A stretch of 64,000 bases of DNA from Eledone cirrhosa (Eukaryota): positions 305,288,001-305,352,000 of the forward strand of contig OZ024741.1 of NCBI GenBank assembly GCA_964016885.1, read 5' to 3'. Below, in pieces: positions 40,653 through 53,306 of the stretch; position 1 is the first letter of the stretch, and each line of letters begins with the position of its first letter. The notes beneath the pieces were generated by a model that saw nothing but the letters and a program-made list of their open reading frames with translations, did no database searches and was not told the DNA's origin. A program made the position numbers and the translations under genes.

Positions 40653-41134
40653 AATATAGTTTCCATTTATTTAATATCATTGTGTATATATATATATATA
40701 TGGATATAAGAGTGTATGTTTTTGTGAGTGTGTGGGAGTACGGGCTTTATATATATGTGTGTGTGTGTGAATGTGCTTGTAGACACCTCAAATATAGGGA
40801 TTTTTAGCTTAAGAGAACCTTAAAAATAAGGAGTGGCATCCCCAATTTGAACTTGTTCATAATCATGATTCAATGTCCATTTTTCCACGCCAGCATGGTT
40901 TAGATGAGTTGTCCATTTTGAGACAAGTCAGAATTCACCCATATATATATATATACACACACACTTAAAAACCCTTCCTATTTAGCAGGGAATATAACAC
41001 AATGTGTATGTGCGTGTGTATAATATACATATATTTATATATGTATATATACATTCTAACTTGATCAAATAAATTCAGGAACCTGGGGGTGGGTATGCTA
41101 CAAAATCCTTCCTGCTATCTTCTGCTGTTATATT

Positions 41135-41263
41135 CAATATTATTGGTCACTATACTGTTTAGAATAATGAACTTTACAATATTATTGGTCACTATACTGT
41201 TTAGAATAATGAACTTTACAATATTATTGGTCACTATACTGTTTAGAATAATGAACTTTACAA
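41135..41263. repeat. Perfect 42-bp tandem repeat x3
   Basis: Unit caatattattggtcactatactgtttagaataatgaacttta. Confidence 0.95.
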
Positions 41264-42317
41264 AACATCCAATAAAATCATTGGTCTGTTTTATAAATTG
41301 TTCAATAAGCCTTTGTAAAATGGTAAAAAGTCACTCAACATCTGCCACCTCCCACATCCTACCTCACAAAACAGGAAATCCTACCTCCACAAAACTGGAA
41401 ATCAGAAAAAAAATCAAGTCGATCTTGTTTCTGTCTTCTCTTCAATCTTACACTTCTTCCCAAAACATTCACACTAAGAAAAGCAACAAGGGAAACAAAA
41501 GCAAATATAAACGAAATATATCTTCTAAGTAACTTAGAATTTCTGTTCATTATCAATTTCTTTTGTGTGATTACATAGCACTTTTTAGTCACATGTAGTT
41601 CCTGCTCATTTAAAATATTCACTTAAAGAATTCCATAACAAAAAGCAGCAACAACAACAACAACAAAACAAAGGACAAAAAAATAAAGGAAATCAAACAA
41701 AATAGGTGAAAGATATTTATGATTATGGTTGTGATTGCATATCACATTCATATATCTTATATATATATATATATATATATCTTATATATGTCTTATATAT
41801 ATATATATATGTCTTATGTATGTATGTATGTGTGTGCGTGTGTATGTATATGTATGTATGTGAACATGTGTATATATGTTTGTATGCATATATATATGTA
41901 TGTATGTATGTGTATGCATATGTTCATGACACAACATAAACGAATATACACATATTAACACATCATTTATCTGCTCTTTCTCTCTCTCCCCCATTTTCTC
42001 TTTTACACACACATATATACAAACATATATATATATATATATATACCTGCATGTATGCATACATACGTACATATTGCATGTTTATATCAATACACATTAG
42101 CATATAGGTTCAAATAATGCGTATTTTTTATGATTATATTATGTAGTGTGAATCTATTCAACTTTTATCCCTCCTTATAAAATGATATAAATACTGTTGG
42201 CTCTCAGAACACTTCATGCCTGTAAATGCTAACATAGTTATTCTAAACACACTAACAATCTAAACTGAACTAAAACAACTCAGTCCTTAGTAATTATTTT
42301 CGAAAGTTACAATAACT

Positions 42318-43500
42318 ATGAAAGAAAATGTTACTGGCACTAAGAAACAGCTTGAGACGACGGAAAATGGTGCTGATTCTAAGAAACATTTAAAGAGATC
42401 AGAGTCTTTGGTGGAGGATGTCACATGGCGTCATTACATGTATTTTGTTGTTCACTTATTCCAGTCATGTGCCACTGCCATCGGTTATCCTGTAGTATCA
42501 CAATTTCTTTATGCAAAGTTAAACAAGGAGTACCTTGAGAAATCAAACATTACATTTAATTCCAGTGATGATGATAGTTTGCGTTTGGGCCATTGCTTTG
42601 TTAATAAGTCATTGCCTGGTTATATTGTTCAACAACATGTTCAAGCTATCAGTGCTGAATGGTCACAGTGGTTCTCTCTGTGTAATGGAATACCAAGTAT
42701 CATTATTGTACTCATTGCTGGTTCCTGGGCTGATGTTCTTGGCAGAAAAGCAATATTTCTTTTAACTGCATTTGGACATATATTAAAATACATAGTATAT
42801 GGGATAGTGATGAAATTTCACCTGCGTACAGAATATTTATTAATAGGTTACATAACTGAAGGTTTTTCCGGGAGTTACTTTTTGGCCATTCTGGTAACCT
42901 ATGCATATACAGCAGATATTACACCAAAGAACAAAACACGATCCTTCTTTTTGGTAGCATCTGACAGCATATTTCACGTTTGTTTTGGACTGGCAAATTT
43001 GGCTTCAGGTTATTTCATTCGTGCCACAGGATTCTTTTGGCCACTTGTATTTGCTACATCTCTGTCAATCTTCAGTATGATTGTCTTTGTATTAATTGTT
43101 CCAGAGACTGTAAAAAGAGGAAACTTATCAGATCTTTCTCCAAAGAAAAGTGTTCTCAGGACAGTGAAATTCTATGTCGGCAGCAAAAACAAATCTAAAT
43201 ATAATAATATGAAGTTCTGGCTTTGTCTCTTGGCTTTTGGTGCATTGTCACAAAGTGTCATTGGAGAATTTAGTCTTAATACACTATATGTGCTAAATTC
43301 CCCTTTCTGTTGGGATTCTGTAAAGATTGGAAACTTTGGAGCCTTCTCATCCTTTGCGATACCTCTTTTAACGGTGGTTTTCATGAGATTGATGCAGTGT
43401 TGTGTGCCAGAACAACTTATAGCAAGTTTTTCTCTGCTGTTTTTTATGATGCGGTCTTTAGTGAAAGCTTTCAGCACTGAAGACTGGGAGATTTATATAG
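42318..43500 (+). CDS. SLC46-family (PCFT/SLC46A3-like) MFS transporter, large exon A (about TM1-9)
   Basis: 394 codons + 1 nt. Motifs GSWADVLGRK (PCFT GAWSDSVGRR), YAYTADIT and LYVLNSPFCWDS, with a glycosylated Cys-bearing loop 1. Ends WEIYI-G|gtaagt. The ORF tail beyond 43500 is intronic. Confidence 0.92.
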
Positions 43501-45472
43501 GTAAGTGCATTGAAAATATTCCAAGAATCTTCTTTCCTTTTTTTTTTTAAATGAATGTATTGTTGTGTTGCACAATCATGAAATTGATGATTGCATTAGT
43601 TTTTGTATATATTTAGTGTATACCAAGGTCAGGTGACCTGGTAGAGTGGGAGCATTAGAAAGAAGAGAGACAGATTTATAAGTAACACTACATGGTTACT
43701 GAAGTTGTATGGCGGGGGGGAATCTGAGGCTTGCAGCAGTATTAAGAAATGTGTAATGATTAAATATGAGATTCACTTTATAGCAAAAAAAAAATAACGG
43801 CTTGAAATATTTAACTTCTCCTTTTATCAATATCATTATCATAATTATAATAATTATTAGCTGGTGCCCTGCACCTTTTCTGTTTTAAAACCCATAAAAA
43901 ATGAATTTTTGGTGTATTTTGGGGACTGGAATAGATTATTCATATTTTAATTAATTTCAATGGGGAAAATTGATTTATAAAATAAGTAAATCATAAAACA
44001 AGTTCGATCATGGAATGAATTAAACTCATACTGCGAGGTATCATTGTACTTCAGTTTACATTTTCCAAAGTGTCTTTTTTTTTAACTGGTTGAGTGACCA
44101 TGTAGGGGCTCATTGATTAGATTATAGTAATTATAACTGTTGTCGTTGTGTTGCTCTAGGTCATTCTTTCTAGTTATACCATGATTTCCTCAGGTCGAGC
44201 ACCATGCTGAATATGCTAATATGCAGCTCTGAATTGTATGTGATGCAACATGACAGTTTAGACACATTGTGCTCTCCCCTCCCTCTGTCAAGCCTATTCT
44301 TGTATAACTGTTGTTATGACAGTTGTTTCTCTCTGTATTGGTGCTGGTTTGTAACTCAACACTATTGATGTTGCAGCTATTTCTATGTTTGTTTTGGATC
44401 AGTGGGAGAGGTTGTGTTTATAAAATATTGTTGTAATTGTGCTGAGGAGGTGTTGTATGTGTGTGGATGTATATGGAGGTGTATTGTTGTGTAGCGACAG
44501 AACCGAGCCCACACTGTAAAGTGGTTGTGTAGATATCACGACAAAAAGCACCCACCACACTCTGTAAATGTGGTTGGCGTTAGCAAGGGCATCCAGCTGT
44601 AGAAATCTAGCCAGAAACAGTTCTATATGAACAAGACACTGTCACCTGACCCATCTTGCCTCAAATGGGACAACCTGTCTAACACATGCTAACATGGAAA
44701 GTGGACGTTAAACGATGATGCTGATGAGGATAATGATAATGACAGAGACTATAAGTATTGACATGCTCCACCTACAAACTGTGTTCTTAGTATATTCAGG
44801 TGGTGTTTTTGTGGCCCCCTAAACTACCACATACAGGGTGGATTAGGGACATTTTGTATTAGGGATGACTGTAATAGTGAGAGCTGATTCAAGTGACAGT
44901 CTATTAAGAACTGTAGTAAGCAACTGCACTACCTTACCGCGGCGGAACAATTGGGTTGTGTTTGGTCAGTCGCCAGGCTGGTAAGTCGGCAGTGTAGGAA
45001 TACCAGGCACACCTCTTATCACTTCTAGGGAGTTGCAGCTTCCTTTTCGTAGAGACAAGACATTACTAATGGCGTAACTGACAAAATGAAACATTTACCA
45101 AGGAACTTTGGCCCTCTCGGCAAGGGCCCAGCAACATCCTACCTAGGTATATGTCACAATGGTGCCTAACATTCTATTGTAATATTTTACGGAGAAAAAT
45201 AAACCTTTTTTTTATATTTCCTCACTGTGCTTACCTATTTGATCCTTTCCTCATGAAGAAACTTAAACACACAGCCTTATAACCACATCTTCATTAAGAA
45301 TCCTTCTCGCAACCAAAAAATCGGATTCTAAAGCTTTTTCTGCTAAAGAACGTTTTGAAATGAATATTTTTATGGATTTTAACTTTTTGGCAAAAAATTA
45401 CCTTAGTAATTATGTATTATTGCCTTGTGAGATGTACTTTTTTAGAGGTATCTATAATTATTTTCTTGCACA

Positions 45473-45800
45473 TATGTACTGTAATGTTAGTGGTTGTGGT
45501 AATGTTAGATGCATGTACTGTAATGTCTGTGTTAGTGGTTGTGGTGTTGTTGTATGTACTGTAATGCCTATGTTAGTGATTATGGTGTTGTTCTATGTAC
45601 TGTAATGTCTATGTTAGTGATTGTGGTGTTGTTGACTGTATGTACTGTAGTGTCTATGTTAGTGGTTATGGTATTGTTGTATGTACTGTAGTGTCTATTT
45701 TGGTGGTTGTGGTGTTGTTAGATGCATATACTGTAGTGTCATTGTTGGTGGTTGTGGTGTTGTTAACTGTATATACTATAGTGTGTGTTAGTGATTGCAG
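45473..45800. repeat. Degenerate minisatellite (~36-42 bp unit)
   Basis: About eight copies of tatgtactgtaatgtctatgttagtggttgtggtgttgtt. Confidence 0.85.
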
Positions 45801-47194
45801 TGTTATTCAAACCTGAAAACATTGAGTCTGTTTCCTTGTGGAATCTATTAGTGTTGTAATGTTTATTTTTATCTTTTGTGAGAAGCATGTATTTTTTAAT
45901 GCATATCGTGTGAGTTTATAGTTTTTGGTACGGCAACAATGGCCCTTCTGGTTTGATTTGCCAGTGCTGTTGTTATCATTGTTTCGACAGTGAAATTGCA
46001 TATTTACCTGGAATGTTTGGAAATGGTGTTTGTTAGTTTTTGTGCAAGGATTTTGAAGACTAAATAAGAATTTTACCTTTGAATAGATGACAATCCTTGT
46101 TACTTGTTGAGATTTAATTTCTGTCATTCTATAATATTTGCACAGGATTGTTAATTTAGCTAATTTCTGGCTAGACCTAATATATTCTAACACAATATTG
46201 CCAATGAAAATAATCCCTAAGCTGATAGCTATCAATCTTCTTCTCCTACTTATTCCTGAGAGGGTTGAGCACACCTTCCAGCAGGTCCTGTCAGAAGTGA
46301 CTGTCTCCAGTTGATCTGGTTGAATCCCCAAGAGAGACTAGCCGAGTTCATTAGTGTTATCCAATCACCTTACTTGGGGTTTACCACTGGGTCTCCTGTA
46401 GATTGGTTTTGATCATAAAATCTGCCCAGTGATTCTATCTTTAGATATTCTAATCATAGTCTAGTTAATTTTAAAAATAATTTTGTGTAAATGAGAGGAA
46501 AAGGAGGGAAAGGGTTAGGATTGTTAAGCAATGAAAGAAACGGCGAAGAGGAGAGGGTGACAGACTCTACACCTATGTCAGAGTGGTGTTTTGACAGCAC
46601 CCTGTGAATAAAATGGCAAAAGCATTGCTGTGGACAATGGCCAATGATACCCATTGCAACAACCACTCCCAACATGTGGCTCCTTTTTCAGATGGGCTGC
46701 TGTCATTCCAGTTTTACAGAAGAGGTCACATGTATGGGGTCCGAGGATGCTTGAGATCTCAATGGCAAGTGGTGTATAGAGGAAGTGGCTGGACAAGCCC
46801 CAGTATTTGCTTATCTTTCTGTCCTCTGCATTGTGGGCTGCAATATCAGGGTTTGTGGCTGAAGTGACTCAGCTGGAGATGAAGAAATGTGCTGCATCAT
46901 GTTGCATCCCAGATAACGATTTATCTTCCTCAAATGGGAAGAGGGTAATTCCATGTTGTTCAGAGCAGCATGTCAGGTGAACAGGCCTGTGCTCTGGTGG
47001 CATGATAGTGGGTGCAGACCGAACCCATTGATGAGTGTAATGTGTGGTGCTAGCACCATGACAAAAAGCATCCAATCTAAACTACAAGGCAGCAGTGTTA
47101 GTGCCACAATGAAAAGCAAGCACCCAATCCTTCCAGTAAGGTGATTATACTGGTGCCATAACAAAAAGAGCTCAGTCCATACTATAAAGTGGAT

Positions 47195-48206
47195 CTCAGG
47201 AAGCTTAATTAAGAATGTAGGATTCACATGCAGCAGCTGTGCTGAAACAGCAAGCAAACAGCCACAGGAAACAAGTACCACCAATCTCTGGGAGGGCCCT
47301 GTAGAAACAGTAGACAGCTTCTGCTACCTAGGTGACCGAATTAGCAACGGAGGTGGGTGCTCAGAAAGTACAATAACTAGGGTAAGAACGGGATGGAAGA
47401 AGTTTAGGGAACTACTACCACTGCTAGCTGCAAAAGGCTTCTCCCTCAGAATGAAAGGCAGACTGTATGATGCGTGTATCCGAACAGCGATGTTGCATGG
47501 TAGTGAGACCTGGGCGCTGAAGGTGGAAGACTTACGTAGATTAGAGAGAAACGAAGCCTGTATGCTCCGATGGATGTGTAACAGTAATATACGTGAACGA
47601 CAAAGCATAAATGAATTGAGAGAGAGACTGAGCATAAGAGGAATCAAATGCTGCGTGCAGGAGAGGCGGTTACGCTGGTATGGACATGTGATGCGTATGA
47701 AGGATGACAGCTGCATAAAAAGGTGCAGAGCACTAGAAGTTGATGGAAACCGCGGAGTGGGGAGACCCAAGATGACTTGGGATGAGGTGATAAAAGCCGA
47801 CCTTACCCAACTACACCTCTCAAAGTCAATGACACACGACCGTGACTTCTGGCGTCACGCAGTAATACAGGGTACCCGACCTCCCATGGGTACATGCTGA
47901 AGCATATAAACAATATGCCCCCCCCCCCCCCCACCGCAAGGTGGTCGTGGAGGTGCCACGGCAAAAAAGCACCCAGCCCACACTGTAAAGTGGACGTGTA
48001 GGCGCCACGAAAAAGCACCCAGCACTCACTGTAAATGAGGTTGGGGTTAGGAAGGGCATCCAGCTGTAGAAATCAAGCCAGATCAGTTCCTGTATGAGCA
48101 AGGCATGGTCAGCCGACCAGACACTGCCCACAACAGGACAACCCGTCTAACCCATGCTAGCGTGGAAGAACGGACGTAAAACGGTGATGATGATGATGAT
48201 GATGTT
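47195..48206 (+). mobile_element. RTE LINE 3' end with an intact C-terminal frame and 3' UTR
   Basis: FCYLGD, LHGSETW, RRLRWYGHVMR and GRPKMTW motifs; UTR with 42-bp repeats and (GAT)n. Confidence 0.9.
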
Positions 48207-49687
48207 GATGCCATGACAAAAAACACACAGTCTGCACTATAATGCAGTAGTGCTGGTGCCATTACAAAAAGCATTACAAAAAGTTAGTAGAGCATGAGTC
48301 ACTATAAAATTATCCCAGTACTCACTGTAAAGTGGTTGGCCTTAGGAAGGGCATCTAGATGTAGAAACCAAGCCAAAAGCAGAGCATATGGGCAAGACGT
48401 GGGCACCTTACTATTATAGTCTTGGTGTATGACAGGCTGTCTAACTCATGCAAGCATGGAAAATAAACGTTAAATGATGATGATGAGGATGATGATTCCA
48501 GCGAATATATTTTTTGTTAGTATTGATAATATTCTGGTTTTCATGATAAATATTAATATTACACTTTAAACTATTTCAAATATAGAATGAACTTAAAGAC
48601 AATAACAAAATCTTTAATATAGTGAAACAGGTTTGAGCATCACACTTAAACCCTTTAGCATTTAAATCGGTCATATCTGGCCAGAATTCTCTCACCCCGT
48701 TCTGTTCAAACTGGCTGTAACTGGGCACTCATACTGATGTTAAGGTATTGTTCTCAAAATAAATAATATCAAAATCTCATAGATTCAATATCATGTGAGA
48801 TATTATGTAAAATAAAGTCTTGACTATGAAAATACAATAGTAAATATAGAGTAATGTAAATGCTAAAGGGCTAAATAACATCAACTATGGAAAGAAATTG
48901 AAAATTTAATCAGAATATTTGACTTATTTGGGAAAACTCTTCAGTTGTGCCATAGACATGACAACTTCACCAGTGATAGTGATAGTGGTCTACACAATAT
49001 ACATGCCCAGTACACTTTGTAAAGTGGGTGGTGATAGAAAGGGCATTCAGCTGTAGCAAACCTGCCAAAAAAGGGTTGTGTCAAACACATGACAACTTAT
49101 GAAATGTTGGTGCTATGGGTATAGGAAGGTATGTCAGCAGGATGCGTGCCCACTTGGCCCACCTGAAGATCAGTGGCTCTGCCTGAGTACTCACTAGTCT
49201 GAGATGACCAATCCAACATTTGTTAGTAGGGAAGATGGATGTTAAAAGATGATTGTGATGATGGTGGTGGTGATGATGATGGTGAGGATGATGATGAGGA
49301 GGAAGAGGAGGAAACAATGTTATGAAGATCTATGATCTATAAATCAAAATATCAAAATAGAAATAAGAATAATTATAAAATGTGTAATTTTCATGTAAAT
49401 TTCCTGCTATATTTTTTTTCTATAATTCAAATAAAATCTAATCCTACTTCAATTCAAAATGACAAATTTAACCCTTTCAATAGCAAGCTACTCAAAACTG
49501 TTAGTTGTAAAGTGTTTATATTTATCTAACAACTTTCCTTCATAATTTTATGTAAGTACCTTTGTTAAGTTATGTTCCAATAACCAGCTTAATAATGAGA
49601 TAGTTAGCTGTATTATTAAAAAAAACTATTAATTCTTGAATATATTCTAAATGATTTGAAAATCATAGGTTGCGTCCTTTATTAGAA

Positions 49688-51434
49688 CTAGCAGAAAAAT
49701 CACCCTTCGGGTGGTTTTCTGGAAGCTTGTGTAGTGTGTATGTTGATATTATACGCAAGTATATATACATGTAGATATGATACATCAAATAAAATCGTAA
49801 TTGACAATATAAACAGAAATTGAACGAAGACGTTGTTACACTGTCTTATGTAATCAGTAACGTAATCCATGATACATTAAAAAAAGACGATATCTAATAT
49901 ATATTTGTGAAATTGGTGGTGGTTGAAATTCAGATGTGCACGGTTAAATGGTAGTAGACGTGGTCGGACGGACATGAAGTGCCAAGGAAGCAAATAGACG
50001 AGGTTTCAAATCTCTAACTTGAAAAATGTGGTCCCTAGGGCCCCCAAAAGGCCTATTTACTATCGCGTTCGGTGAGTTATTTCCCCCTGTTCTAATACTT
50101 GGATGAGTTATTTACAATTTCATACAAATTTTTAAACTCATCAACGTTCTTTCGCTGTTAACATACAGTACCAATAATTTGAAAAATATTATTGAAAGTT
50201 TATTATAAAGAAGCAGTTGCAGGAAAAAAATATATAAATATGCACTTGGGGCTGGACGGCGTACAATGAGAAGTGGAGCGACGTGAAAAACGTTGTTTAT
50301 TAACAGCGAAATAGCAATGTCGATGATATGCAAGTTTGAAAATGCAGATTAATAACCTGTTGCCTTCTACAGTACGTTTCATTTTCATTTTTCAATTACA
50401 GTTGCTCTATATTAAATTTAAATACTTCTATAACGATCATACAGTACCGTTTTAGGAAATCGATTCTGCAGTAGAATTTTACGAAATGCCAAATCGAAAA
50501 AGGTCACTGTTTTCTAACAAAAGAAATAAAACCCTTACCTTCTCATTGTATGCTGTCCAGCCCCAAGTGCATATTTCTATTTTTTTCCTGAAACTGCTTC
50601 TTTATAATAAACTTTCAATAATATTTTTCAAATTATTAACTTAATAAAAAGTGGCCCCGGGTGCAACCGGGCTCAGCTGCTAGTTATATATAAACTGCAT
50701 TAGGAGAAAATTAGTGACAGAAAATTAGTATGTTTATTTAAGTGATCGCCACCGGAAGTGTTGACATCACACACTCTCTGTTTCTATATATATATATATG
50801 GTAGTTGAAGTGGTGGTGGTGGTGGCAACGATATACCGGAAGTGCAACTTTGAAAAGAAGTCAATTTAAATTATTTATTTTTTCGAAATTATTTTTGTTT
50901 ACGAAATTTAGTAGATAAATTATGTAATATTCATTCATTATTTATTCAAAGGGTGGAGGGCGGTGGATTGGCAGTATCGGTAGAGGGTCGGACGCCATGC
51001 TTTCCAGCATAGTTACGTCCCTTTATGATCTGAGTTCAAATCCCGCCGAGGTTGACTTTGCCTTTCATCCTTACAGGGTCGATAAAATAAAGTACCAGTA
51101 ATGCACTGGGTAATTGCTGGCCTTGTGCCTAAAGTAGAAACAATTATTTATTCAAAGGGTGGTGGATTGGCAGTATCGGTAGAGGGTCGGACACCATGCT
51201 TTACAGCATAGTTACGTCCCTTTACGATCTGAGTTCAAATCCCGCCGAGGTTGACTTTGCCTTTCATCCTTACGGGGTCGATAAAATAAAGTACCAGTAA
51301 TGCACTGGGTAATTGCTGGCCTTGTGCCTAAAGTAGAAACAATTATTTATTCAAAGTAATCCAACTTATTTTACTAACTGGATAAAAAAAAAAACGTACG
51401 CAGTCCCACAGACCTTCCTTTATTATAGTTTAGA
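49688..51434 (-). mobile_element. Non-autonomous Helitron-like element (minus strand), composite
   Basis: The minus strand starts A|TCTAAACTATAATAAA at 51434 and ends hairpin CACCCGAAGGGTG...CTAG|T at 49688. It contains a second hairpin+CTAG end at 50657-50682 and a SINE dimer. Confidence 0.55.
50952..51356 (+). mobile_element. Tandem dimer of SINE family 2
   Basis: Two ~190-bp copies, each bounded by ttatttattcaaag (three occurrences). Confidence 0.88.
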
Positions 51435-51462
51435 TATGATAAGGAAGAGGTTAAGGTGTTTA

Positions 51463-52360
51463 TCTATATTACTTGTTTGTCTGGTTGTACTATCACTAAA
51501 ACTCGACAACCACCCAACCGATTGTTTTCAAACTTTACACATGTAATACTTATGGTCCTATTGAGTGTTCTGAGCAAACAAATTTCAAATTTTCAATGCC
51601 CTAGGGACCGCATAGAGCGATTTAGTGATCTCTGTCTATAATTCTTAGTCTTTCTCTTTTTAGATAGATACATAGATATGACGTCGCGCCTTTATAATAT
51701 CTGTCTGTATGCCTGCTGTCTGCATTACGTCATTATGACGCGATCAGTGTGTGTATATATATGTATATATATATTCTTATGCCAGGGAACGTCTTCACGA
51801 ACCAAGTGTCGTCTTTCTGTTTTCCTTAGGCTGCAACGTTTTTCGAAATATTTACATCTGCGTTCACAGATTGATTTTTTTAGTTTCAGAAGATCCCTTT
51901 AAGGTTGAAAGTAGCGATTCTTTGCTTAAACTTTAATATCTTGTTTTAATATAGATAATCGTGTACAGATATTTTTGCCTACACAAAAACAAAATATAAA
52001 CAAACAAGGCCAACGATTACATCAGTTAGTCTTAGTGTACTTCATACTGCTTTTAGGTAGAAGATCCCGTTAAGGGTGAAAGCAGCGATTCTTTGCTTAA
52101 ACTTTAATATGTTATTTTAATATATATATATATATATAATTATATATTCGTGTACAGATATTTGTGCATACATAATAACAAAATATAAACAAAAGTATTT
52201 ATTTCTCGATAAAGTATTGATTTTCTTCGCACGGAAAAAAACACAGGTAATGTACGACCAATTTATTTTTATAAGCATAAAATGTAGACACTATCCCGAG
52301 GCTGAGGTGTTCCATTCTTCACTGTACTGTTATATATATATATTGTATTGATTTTTATAC

Positions 52361-52413
<53 letters not shown>

Positions 52414-52701
52414 TATAAATAAAACGAAAAATCAGTGATGCATCTGGTCTTAATTTATTGCGTGCTACAATTGTTTCTCTAGCAGGTAGCTCGAGACATG
52501 GTCTTTGTATGGATCTGGCTGATTCTACTTCTGCAGGTTCATTCACAGACGAGTATTTCGTTTGGAGCAAATTTTATCACGCAATAAATTAAGTCCAGAT
52601 GCATCACTGATTTTTCGTTTTATTTATACTATCTACACTCTACTCTGATGAATATCGAGTGCTAATTTTGGCATACCGCCCATGGAAGCACTATAGCTAC
52701 C

Positions 52702-52756
<55 letters not shown>

Positions 52757-53075
52757 GTGTACAGATATTTTTGCATACACAATAACAAAATATAAACAAA
52801 CGTATTTATTTCACGCGGCTCGATAAGGATAAATATACATAAAATATATAAGAACCCTAGAGCAAATCCCGAGCAACGCCGGGCCATTCAAGGATAAATA
52901 TATATAATTTTTGCATACACAATAACAAAATATAAACAAAAGTATTTATTTTGCGATAAAGTATTGATTTTCTTCGCACGAAAAAAAAAACAGGTAATCT
53001 ACGACAAATATTTTTATAAGCACAAAATATAGACACCATCCCGAGGCCGAGGTAATCCGTACTTCTCTGTACTGT

Positions 53076-53167
<92 letters not shown>

Positions 53168-53306
53168 GTGTACAGATATTTTTGCATTCACAATAACAAA
53201 ATATAAACAAACGTATTAACTTCACGAGGCTCGAGAAGGATAAATATATATCAAATATATAAGAACCCTAGAGCAAATCCCGAGCAACGCCGGGCCATTC
53301 TGCTAG
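51463..53306 (+). mobile_element. Non-autonomous Helitron-like element
   Basis: A|TCTATATT 5' end; 3' hairpin CCCGAGCAACGCCGGG followed by CTAG|T; no TSD; internal tandem duplications and (TA)n. Confidence 0.7.

Noticed and set aside
42396-42414. Lysosomal dileucine signal in the conserved (E/D)SLV motif of the SLC46 N-termini
   Set aside because: The spacing fits neither [DE]xxxL[LI] nor DxxLL.
43501-43550. Treating the SLC46 ORFs as complete intronless genes
   Set aside because: Homology among the three stops exactly at GT donors, the read-through tails are unrelated to each other, and three helices would be missing.
50751-50844. Two CCGGAAGTG ETS motifs as a promoter for SLC46 exon B
   Set aside because: They lie inside the putative Helitron composite and have no supporting leader exon, so they are not callable.
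50960-51050. tRNA genes at A-box/B-box motifs
   Set aside because: These are SINE heads with no complete cloverleaf, followed by SINE bodies.
52640-52700. CUGAUGA next to the inverted repeat 52412-52631
   Set aside because: No GAAA box or consistent stems.
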